Translations under genes and position numbers: made by a program | Shown here: positions 1 through 10,200 of the stretch, piece by piece | Layout: every line of letters starts with the position of its first letter | Numbering within the stretch: the stretch's first letter is position 1 | The notes under the pieces: generated by a model | Databases searched by the model: none | What the model saw: the letters and a program-made list of their open reading frames with translations, nothing else | What the model was told of the DNA's origin: nothing | NCBI GenBank assembly: GCA_026026165.1 | Contig: JAPEUD010000012.1 | Location: forward strand, 62,001 to 126,000 | Length of the DNA stretch: 64,000 bases | Direction: 5' to 3' | Origin: Sarea resinae | Lineage: Eukaryota

Positions 1-837
1 ATCCGTGCGAGCCCCGGGGTCATCCGAGCTTAGCCCTTCTCCGGCGGCGGGTACGAACGAGAGAGCTAGTGCGGCGGCGTCGAAGGAGACCATGGGTTTC
101 ACGAGTCTCGGGCGGTGTGTGAGGGTGTAATTGGTGAGGTCGTCGAGGTGCGGGGAGAGAGCGGCGATGAGCGAGGAGATCTCGGCTTCGGTGACGGAGA
201 AGGCGAGTTCGAGCGCCGTGAGATGGAGATTTGGAGGGGGCATTGTCCAGAGATCTGGATGGCACATGGACACGGACGAGTTTAGATTGGGACCATAGTT
301 TATGCTTGCGGGGGCCGGGGGCCGGGGGATAGGGAGGGTCTCGACGTACGAGGTGCTACTGCTAGTAGTTTCTGCTGTATCGCAGCGACGAGAGACCGGA
401 TGCGTTGGGGCGGTCGCGCCCACAGTGTGAGGCAATGTCTGTCGTCCTCCCAGCCGGGCTCGAGGCTTGGGTCGACAATGCGCTGGAGGTGTGGATCTAA
501 GATCGGGCCCTGGAAGTCGGGTGACAGGAGCTTGCTGCGTTGGAGGGCGTTGCGCGCAGTGCGATGTTTGGCGTAGAGGGATTGGAGGGTCCCCTTTTGC
601 AGAGTGAGATGTTAGTGGGACTTCTGTAGATGATGGGTAGGGGCAAGAAAAAGATGGAGAGCAGGCTTGCGGGGGGAGAGGGGGAGGGGGCTTTACAGGA
701 TCGTTGTTTGACGCACTGATGAGGGCGTCGTATGGATTTCCTGATGGCAAAGAGGAGGTGGGCGTAGAGATGCCGGTCAGGTCTTCGTATTTGTTCTGCG
801 AGTCCGCGGACGGGAAAGGTGAACTGGGGGCGGGCAT
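1..837 (-). CDS. 2H phosphoesterase family (RNA ligase/cyclic nucleotide phosphodiesterase, LigT-like) protein; runs off the left edge
   Basis: Missed by the ORF track. Manual translation from ATG 837: MPAPSSPFPSADSQNKYEDL...GNPYDALI, intron, ...LQSLYAKHRTARN...DDRHCLTLWARPP..., intron (GTACGT), ...LWTMPPPNLHLTALELAFS...RPRLVKPMVSFDAAALALSFVPAAGE. Has an HxT motif (LHLT) and resembles a conserved fungal 2H family. Confidence 0.7.
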   Translation of the reverse strand, partial: MPAPSSPFPSADSQNKYEDLTGISTPTSSLPSGNPYDALISASNNDPVKPPPPLPPQACSPSFSCPYPSSTEVPLTSHSAKGDPPIPLRQTSHCAQRPPTQQAPVTRLPGPDLRSTPPAHCRPKPRARLGGRQTLPHTVGATAPTHPVSRRCDTAETTSSSTSYVETLPIPRPPAPASINYGPNLNSSVSMCHPDLWTMPPPNLHLTALELAFSVTEAEISSLIAALSPHLDDLTNYTLTHRPRLVKPMVSFDAAALALSFVPAAGEGLSSDDPGARTD

Positions 838-1223
838 CTCGTGTAGGTGTAGAGGGTAAAGAGTCGGATGCTATGTAGTTGGGTGAGGAGCGGAAAAGTC
901 TACAGTAAACGCAAATGCCTCAAAGGGCGTAAAGATAGAAGCGGAAAGCGAGACAAGGTGGTCATGAGAATTGAGGATCGTCTATGTCATATATTGTGAA
1001 GATTCAAGAGAGCATCTTGGACGGCATATGAGATTGGCAGCCCACGTTGCGGTTCTATTATTGGATGTCCGTGCTTTGGGCTTCGGCGCAAACTGATAAG
1101 ATAAGGGTACATTGACGCACGCAAGGGTCCAACACCCTGAGAGACACCCAAAAGAAGCACACAGCACGACAACGGTATTGGCACCGTCGTACACTACAGC
1201 ATCATTTCCAGCATCGTTTTCTA

Positions 1224-2610
1224 CTACAGCATCGATTTCTTGAGACTACTCTGTCTAAGTCGACTCAAATCATTCACTCGCGCCCAATCATACCACTCCT
1301 TGATCTTCCCCACCAGCCCGTCAATCTCGTCCACCGTGTTCCCCGCATGCAGACATATCCGTACTCGTTCGCCACCTGGCGGTACTGTAGGAGGCACGAT
1401 GCCTCGGACCATGAACCCTGCCTTTTGGCAATAATTGGCAAGACTGTGGGGATAGGGTGTTATAACGAAGAAGATGGGCGACTTGGGACACTCCGGCGGG
1501 ACTCGGAGGAGGGTGATCCCATTGATTTTGTCTGTAAGATCAAGGGTCAGGAGGGTCGTGTAGAGATGCTGGAGCAAGTTTTGCAGCCGTGCTTGGAGCT
1601 TTTAAAAGTGTCAGACTAAAAGGCCTGAAGGATCATCTACAGACGTCTGGCGACGTACCGGGATTATTTCGCCTCTCCTCAAAAGGTTGTATGCCGCTCT
1701 AATGGCTGCTAGAGATGGAAATGACATGGACGTTGTATAAATTAGAGAGCGCGCGTAGTTCAGGAGATATTGCCGTGTAAGACTAGAACACAGTAGAATT
1801 GCTGAATACGTCAGAGAGACTCCACGAATAAGAGTAGAGACATTTACCTCCACCTGAACCTAAAGCCTTCCCAAAGGTATGAAGGCGAGCAAAGACTCTC
1901 TTTTCAAGACCTAATTCGCACACTCGGCCACGACCCGAAGGCCCAAATACGCCAGTTGAATGAGCTTCATCCACGACAATGTAGCCATTTCCCAATGGCA
2001 ATAGCTGCTCTACGCAGTCGGTAACTTCCGCGAGGGGTGAAAGGTCCCCATCCATGCTATAGACCGCCTCAACGGCGATGAATACATGACGTTTTCCAGA
2101 TCGAACCAAAGAATCCTTCTGGATGCAGGCTGCCAATACCCGTCTCAGATCATTCACGCAATTATGCTTGAAAGAGAGCCTTGCTCCAGCTCGTGACAGT
2201 TTCATACCCTCGTGCACACTAGCATGAATAAGCTCGTCATAAAGGATGACATCCCCCAATTGTGGCACACATGAAAAGAGGCCAGAATTGGCATCAAAGC
2301 CAGAATTGAACAACAAGCCAGATGGGGCGCCATGGAAGGCGGCGATCTCTGATTCGAGTTGCTCGGCAAAGACCGAATTGCCATCCAGCAGTCGGGAGCC
2401 TCGACTGCCGATACCAAAGCTAGGGTTCTTAGATATCTCGTCTAGGAATTCCAATCTCAGTGCATCAGATGTAGACAGAGACAGAAAATCATTGGACGAG
2501 AAGTCGACAAAAGAAGAGCCGCTGACTGTCAGGCGTCGAAGAGTCGAGGCAGCTGCTCGCTTGTCGAGGCACGCCCGCAGAGAGCGGCCGAGGGACGAAT
2601 CGTCGGACAT
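1224..2610 (-). CDS. bioF: 8-amino-7-oxononanoate (KAPA) synthase, 3 exons (about 2610-1848, 1801-1659, 1598-1224)
   Basis: DFSSNDFLSL, GSRGSRLLDGN, LFNSGFDAN, DELIHAS, VYSMDGD, VDEAHSTG, PLP lysine HTFGKALG, IYTTS, IVPPTVPPGGERVRICLHAGN; GT-AG introns join the ORF-track pieces. Confidence 0.95.
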
Positions 2611-3401
2611 TCTTATCTCCGAAGAAAATGCAGACGAAGAAATCAGGGAGAAATCCACCAATGAGATGCCGAAAACGGTGCGAAAATATCACCCCCCAAA
2701 ATGCAGAGGTTGTCTATGCATGTTGCTGCATTCCGCTGCAAACCCTCGTCCTAGCTGATCATCAGAGCCATCGATCAATTGATTGATATGATAAGGGAGA
2801 CGCAATTGCAGGGGCTTCCCCCCCACCGTGACATGACTTACCGCTGGACTCGTAGCATGGCGATCAGTCGCCAATCGATGTGGAGGGGTGAGAATGTGAA
2901 GACGTGAAGATGTGAAGATGCAGTCATCAGGACTGATCAGACCTGTCTGGCAGCTGGAGCACGGAGGAAAGGAACAACAATGGCCAGAAAGTCCATCCGT
3001 TCGTCTTCCGGGCGAAGTGGGTCACGTGTAGGCCTCGGGCTCGACTTTGCCATTTGCCCTCTTACCTCACTCTCTCTGCATACCCAGGGGTGGGGGCCAC
3101 CGTCAGGACCCCGTCAGGAACCCTAACACTCCCGAGCACGGAGCCGAGGGCGATCACAGATCAGATCATGGGGGAAAGGAACACACGCCGGAGTATGCAA
3201 CTATGGGGAGAGAGATCAGTGGACCAGACCAGACACGGCACGCCCCTCCAAGCCTACCTCCCAACCTACTCCACACTCCGCAATTCACTATTATAGATGG
3301 TGAGATTCCCGTAAGGCGGGGGAATACGATCGGATAGCCCAGCATCATCGAGTCCCTCTCCTCCATCGTCAGTCGCCATTGTCTCTACTGGCTTCCTAGC
3401 A
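2611..3401. promoter_or_regulatory. Bidirectional promoter between bioF and bioDA
   Basis: Head-to-head arrangement of two consecutive biotin-pathway genes ~790 bp apart; several GATCA/TGATCA elements. Confidence 0.7.
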
Positions 3402-5998
3402 ATGCCCTCGTTAGGTTCTGCTTTGTGGAAGACGTTAAAGGCCCATCAGGTTTACGGCGCCAACACCAATGTCGGCAAAACCATCGTGTCGACCGTTCTC
3501 TGCAATGCGTTGACAAAGCATCGTCCCACCGAGAAGGTCTGGTACCTGAAACCGGTGTCGACTGGGCCCATTGCCGAAGCAGATGATGGGTACGTTCGTT
3601 TGATCTGTCGAGGAAGACGGATACATTGACACGGCCTAGACATCTTTCGCGCTTCCTAGACGGCGTCTCCGCCAAATGCCTCTTCCAATTCGACGAGGCC
3701 GTCAGTCCTCACATCGCTGCGCGCTCTTTTACGGTACGAGAAGCCATCCAGGCATGATGCCTTTACCTACTAAAAATCTGATCGGACAGCCAGCCACCTA
3801 CAGATGAGCATATCCTCGCAAGAATATCCGACGAATTCTCTCAATATGCGAAAGCCGGCCCCGGATCAGTGCTGTTGGAAACAGCCGGAGGCGTCCACTC
3901 TCCCGGTCCCACTGGCACGTCGCAGGCAGACCTGTACCGGCCGTTGCGACTTCCCGTTGTACTAGTTGCCGACTCGAGACTCGGCGGCATATCGTCTTCC
4001 ATCTCCGCTTTCGAATCCTTACACATTCGCGGCTACGACGTGGACTCTGTTATACTGTTCGAAGATCAGCAGTGGAAGAATCGGGAATACCTGGAGGAAG
4101 TCTTCGGCAAGCGGGGCATCAGGACCTTTTCCATAAACCATCCACCGGCACCGAGGGAGGACATCACGGAAGACCAGCAGGCTATGACGGAATACTACGA
4201 TCAGATGAGCAAGTTCGAAGAGGTCGAGGAGCTGATATCTGTACTCTCCACTAAGCATGAAAGTCGAATACAACAGCTCGACAGCATGGCAACTCGTGCT
4301 TCGTCGCACATCTGGTATCCCTTTACTCAACATCAAGGCATGACGCCGGCCAGTATCACCACCATAGACTCCGCATACGGAGATCACTTTCAAACATACA
4401 AGAACAATACTTCAGAAACAGCTGAGACTCCCGTGGAGGATCAAAGCTCAATACGCTCCACTTTTGACGGATCCGCGTCTTGGTGGACGCAGGGCTTAGG
4501 CCATGCGAACCCCGAGCTGACACTTTCAGCCGCTTATGCTGCCGGCCGATATGGTCATGTCATGTTTGCTGGGGCAATCCAAGAACCTGCCATGACTCTG
4601 GCAGAAACTTTACTCCAAAAACTCGACAATCCCCGGCTCGATCGAGTATTCTATTCCGACAACGGTAGCACTGGTATGGAAGTTGCTATTAAGATGGCTC
4701 TAAGGGCCTCACACGAACGCTACGGATGGAAACCATCAGATGGCGTTGGCATACTGGGTCTCAAGGGTAGTTACCATGGAGACACAATCGGTGCAATGGA
4801 TTGCTCTGAGCCGTCGACCTATAATACGCGAGTCGAGTGGTATCGTGGTCGCGGCTGTTGGCTACATTTTCCACAGGTCAAGCTGTCAAAGGGGTCATGG
4901 GTTGTGGAGCTACCCGAAGATATGCAAGAAGAGTTACCTCCGGAAATCGAATATTCCTCTTTGAGTGAAGTATTTGATGTTGAGAGACGGGAGAAAACTG
5001 AAGTCGGCAAAAACTACAAGGAATATATCAAGGATCTTTTAGAGAAGCTCGTCAGGGTAGAAGACATAAAATTCGGTGCTCTCGTCATGGAGCCAATCAT
5101 CCTCGGAGCGGGGGGGATGATTTTGGCGTAAGTCCCTTTCAATGCTTGGTTCGAGTATCCCTAACGTTCCTTAGAGATCCGTTGTTCCAGCGCTTGCTAG
5201 TCCAGGTCGTTCGAGAAAACCCACACATCTTCTGCGATGCCGTTCCCAAGCCTGACCCTTCTTGCAAAGAATGGAGTGGCTTGCCCGTCGTCTTCGACGA
5301 AGTCTTCACCGGAATGTACCGCCTTGGGCAATTCAGCTCTAGCTCGTATCTTGGCGTCAGACCTGATATCTCCGTCCATGCTAAATTGCTGACTGGAGGA
5401 CTTCTCCCACTATGCACTACTTTGGCCAGCGATAGCATCTTCCAAGCGTTCATCGGCTCGCAGAAAGAAGATGCTCTACTTCATGGACACAGCTATACAG
5501 CTCATGCGATCGGATGTCAAGTGGCTGTCACATCTGTGAATACCATGCTCGACATGGAGAAAAGCGGGAAATGGGTGGAGTCTAGGAGGGATTGGCAAGA
5601 CTGCTTGAAGGCAATTGGTTGGTCAAGTCCCGCGCCCTCGGGCGTCTGGAGTACCTGGTCAAAGGATGCTGTTCATGAACTTTCCTATGCCGAGTCTGTT
5701 GAAGGTATAATTGCGATCGGTTCAGTGCTCGCAATCAGTCTGCGAGATCAGGCTGGATCAGGTAGACACCCAGCCGTCCACCCCCTTGAGCTCAATTCGC
5801 TTACTTATCCTAGGATACTCTTCCACTGCTGCAAATTCCCTCCAGTCCGGTCTTCTCAATGCTGGCGAGGATTGGAACGTCCATTCCAGGACGCTAGGGA
5901 ATGTGTTGTATCTGATGGCTAGTCAAACGTCGACGAGGGAGGAGCTGGCAAAGATTGAAAGCATTTTACGGACGACGCTATTGACGGATAACGCGTAG
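3402..5998 (+). CDS. bioDA: Bifunctional dethiobiotin synthetase / DAPA aminotransferase (BioD-BioA fusion, BIO3-BIO1 type), 5 exons
   Basis: N-terminal DTBS P-loop GANTNVGKT, YLKPVSTGP, LLETAGGVHSP, DSRLGGIS; C-terminal class III aminotransferase IWYPFTQH, FDGSASWWTQGLGH, DNGSTGMEVAIKMA, YHGDTIG, FDEVFTG, AKLLTGG, HGHSYTAH, HSRTLGNVLY. Introns near 3590-3640, 3734-3789, 5128-5174, 5762-5813. Confidence 0.95.
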
Positions 5999-6199
5999 AA
6001 CGACGGGGGAGGCAATCACGTCATATCATCAGATCATTGGGTGCGGAAGTAGGTGTTCACCTTGCATAGCATGGATGGTATAGCATCTAGGTTGGTCATG
6101 AGGAAATGTATATGCATAGGAGTGGCTGTCCTTTGAAACCAGTATATCATCAATTGATCAACAACAATAACTGAACTGTGGAATGATGCATCCTGACCT

Positions 6200-6720
6200 A
6201 TTGATACGCTGATGATACCGCATCGTCTACTCTTGAGAGTATAATGGTATCAATCTGTTTTATGTTTTTAGCAATGTCGCTCATAGTGAATCCGATCTCA
6301 ATCAGTCTATAATAGCATTAGAACATAGCTATCGACCATGTATTTAGTCACCTCTTTAAAATGCTGATAGTTAAGACAGCTAACACTGACTTTGAAAAAG
6401 CGAGTCAATTTACTTTATAGACTGTTGCTTCGCGCGTTCCTACACCTATACCTACAATAATACATATTTAGATTATTAGCATATTCTGGCTCTAGACTTA
6501 CGTTATTTTCTCAACCTATTCTCTCTCCCTACCTAGATACACGCTACATACTCTTTCCACCCTGTGTACTATTTTCTATGTTCATGATATCTCCCTTCCT
6601 ATCTGCAATTTAGCCTTCCTTTTCTAGGATCTACTGAATCAAATCTTGTCTTTTCTGTATTGCCAATCAACTGTACTCAAGGCCAACCATAAGAATGCAA
6701 ATATATGGCGTAGCGATAGG
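6200..6720. other. AT-rich, TpA-rich non-coding patch (RIP-like relic)
   Basis: Abrupt GC drop relative to flanking genes, many TA/TAG words, no ORF >60 aa. Confidence 0.45.
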
Positions 6721-7266
6721 GTATGACGCCTCAGGCACATCCAGGCACACCGTAATTAGCCGAAATTTCAGCACCCAAGATCAGGGAGCCTGCCGTAGAT
6801 GCCCCTGCAGTAGTGCATCTGTGACGACGCATTAAGGTTCCTGGTAACGGCATGCAGTTAGTCTGGGTGCTTTGGTGTTCGTGACGCGACATCTTGAGCT
6901 TCACTTCGCGTTGCCCACCACCACACACGAGATACAATCATATATATGGATTCCTGGTTTTCTCGATGACTTTTGACCGTGGCTCATCTAACCTTCTTGA
7001 ACAGTGAGAAGGGAGGGGAAAGTCTTTGCTGAGCTCATCTTTGGGTGGCACTATGTGGTGTCACGGTGTCAAGTGCTGATGCTATTGCTGTTGCTGGTAT
7101 GATCGTCGAGACCTTCGCGATGTTAGCTTAAGTTGCTGATTTTCTCATAGCTGTATCTGGATTATACCCTAGAAGATCTATCGCTTCTAGACGACGAAAT
7201 TGCTTTGCATCAAGGCCCTCTTTTTTGTGTTCGATCTTCTGGAAATCCCTCGGCCGGCACCGCAAG

Positions 7267-10200
7267 ATGGGCTACAAAAGGGTAACCCGGCTGTTGGTCA
7301 TCTCGTCGGATAGCGAAGCCTCAAATTTTGATGAGGATTTTAAGGATCCGGTATCATCTCCTCGGAGAACACGAAGATCGTCGCTGAGGAAGCCTCCGGC
7401 TCGACGTGGGAGAAATAGATGCCGGAACTCCCAATCGTATTTCCTTGAAGACGCAATTGTTATACCATCTGACAGCGGAGAAGACAAATTAGCTACCCAT
7501 AATGGCGAGGAGGATCAAGCTGATGATGAAGATGAGGAAGATATTCCTCGGCCAAAGAGACGAGCCAATGTCAAGAAAGGGTACCTCAGAGAGCATGAGG
7601 AGAATATCCCGCCGAAGGTGGGAAAGACGATGTGGTTCTCCCATGTGGAGGGTAAGTCTCATCTTTCAATTTCTTGTCTGAAGGCTCTTTAAAGTCTCTG
7701 CGTTGCGCTCTCCTTTTTTCCCCTGGGCAGGTACATACTCGATCCAGGGGCTGGCTCATTTTGGAACAACGATTTTATGTTCGACTGGCGCAATGCAACT
7801 TGCACTCGTCTTACCGTGTACACGCTCAGATTTCTCCCTGGACACATTCATCGGCGTACATTGTTTGGTACCGCCCGTTTGGGGCGATTAGCCTAGGGGT
7901 GCGTGTTAAAGAACGGGTCTGCATTCATCGTCACTCTTCTTCTTGCTCGACCACACCTCGATTCTTACTTTTTCACACATCACACCCATCAACCCTCAAT
8001 TTCTTTGCTCATCAGCTCCCACCAACCTCCTTTTCTTTCTTGGGATATTGCTTCTTCTGGTATCCTGCCGCCTTTCCCAGCGGGCTTTACTCGCTCCGAC
8101 CTCTTCTTGATTTTGGATCACCATCAAGGCTCACCAGCTTGACAGTAAGGCCCACGAGCATGTCGCCATCAAAAGTAAAGCCCCTTGAGGAGAGTAAGGC
8201 TTCGACATCCCACAATTCATCATCTCCTCTGCGCAAGCAAACCTCCTTAACCAGCTTCTTCAAGAAGACGACGAGTTCACCATCAGCGCGCGTGCCGTCA
8301 TCAAATGCGACCGATGCTCAACTCACTCGAAATGGACGCTCTATGCCCGCCAAAGGTGGCCCGGATCCCACTGCTAAGCGAAAGTCTGCCAGACTATCGT
8401 CGCCCAAGAAGATCCAGAAGGCCGTGAAACCAAAAGCCTCACCACGAAGAACCCAAGCTTCCCTATCTGCATCTCGCTCTAGCCGTGCTAAAGTGGAAGT
8501 TGATACGACTACCGATATCGAATCATCTAGTAAAAACGACGATTCCGAATATGTGGATCCCAATGATGATGTCAAAGATAGTACTCAAGAGAGTCATTTG
8601 GAAAGCAATGATGAAACCGAAGAGGCAGAAGTCTTGACAGAGAGTTCCGAAGAGTCAGAGGGCAATTTGGAGCCTGTCACCCCCGAACCTAAGCGCCGAA
8701 AGCTTCAACAGAGAACACTCGATGGCAAGAAAGCCCATGCCACAAAGGGCAAATCTGTTGGCCGGAAGAGTAAAGTAGTTGGAGAATCGACTCGAGGTTT
8801 GGGCATCGACGAAAGCTTGTCGCCGATCAGTCATATAGATGAGATCTTCGATGACATGACTAACAAGGCTATGGAATTGGGCCTCGAAGAATTTACAAAT
8901 CACCTTAACGGCCGAAAGCTGAGAGTGGGAACAATGTGTTCAGGCACTGAAAGTCCTATTCTGGCACTCAGTCAATTTGCTTCTAGTAAGTGCAATATCT
9001 TTCCACCAATATCGTGCTGACCGCATTATAGGCTTGAAGAAGCACCACAATATCAGCTTACAAATCGACCACAAATTTTCGGCTGAAATTGTGCCTTTCA
9101 AACAGGCATACATTGAGCGCAACTTTAGTCCACCGATAATCTTCCGGGACATCCGAGAACTCATTGATAATGATGAAGCGTATGTGACCTTAACGAGTAG
9201 CATGTCTCTCTATCTGACATGAATAGTACTACTGCTTACGGAGCAAAAGCTCAAATCCCGGGAGAAATTGATATCCTAATTGCGGGCTTTTCCTGTGTCG
9301 ATTTTTCGAGGCTCAACGTAAAGACCCTTGAGCTTGGTGAACAAGGCGAGTCGGGTGATACTTTTCGAGCCATTCTCTACTATTGCAAAGTCCACCGGCC
9401 GAAGATTGTCATCCTTGAAAACGTCTTAAGCGCCCCTTGGGATGAGATAAGGGGACTGTGGGCAGATTTTGCGGGATATTCTGCAGAATACGTCAAGCTG
9501 GATACAAAGAATTACTATCTTCCGCATACTCGCCAGCGAGGATATATGATTTGCCTCGACAACGCGCTCAAGGGCATAAATGCCAGACGTGCAGCAGCAT
9601 CATGGCGAGAGACAATATACGAATTCAAACGCAAAGCAAGCTCTAGTGTAGAGGCTTTTCTCTTAAATGAAGATGATCCTCGTGTTCACCGTGGTAGAGA
9701 AGAACTCGCTAGGGATGCCCGCGGAGATGAAAGATCCTCACGTGAAGTGGACTGGACCAGATGCCAGGGTCGCCATACCTCTTACAGAGCTCAAAACGGT
9801 CTCGGGTTCAAGAGGACAATGACTGGATGGGAGGACAATGGCTCATGCAAAATGCCAGACTATGGCTGGGGGGAGTGGGCTACGGCTCAGGTGGAGCGTA
9901 TATGGGATACCCTGGAGATATCCTTATTGCGCAATGCTAAAAAGGGTTTCGACTCGCAATACAAAACGTAAGTGAGATACATTGCAAGACATAGGAAGAG
10001 GCTGACAAGAAATAGTCGCGTTTGGGAACTTTCGCAAAATGTCGATAGATTTACTGATTCTACGCCTTTTGGAATCACCAGTTGTCTCACACCTACTGGA
10101 AGTCCATATGTTACCACGCGAGGTGGCCCAATGGTGGGACTCGAGGTTCTAGCTCTACAAGGCCTCCCAATCGAAAACTTACTCTTGACCCGAGAATCGC

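Noticed and set aside
6180..6240. Possible box C/D snoRNA (ATGATG...CTGA)
   Set aside because: Imperfect boxes, no terminal stem or recognisable guide.
7674..8145. First ~157 aa of the 448-aa ORF
   Set aside because: TTG start, non-protein-like composition; lies within the proposed DNMT5 intron 1 or 5' leader.
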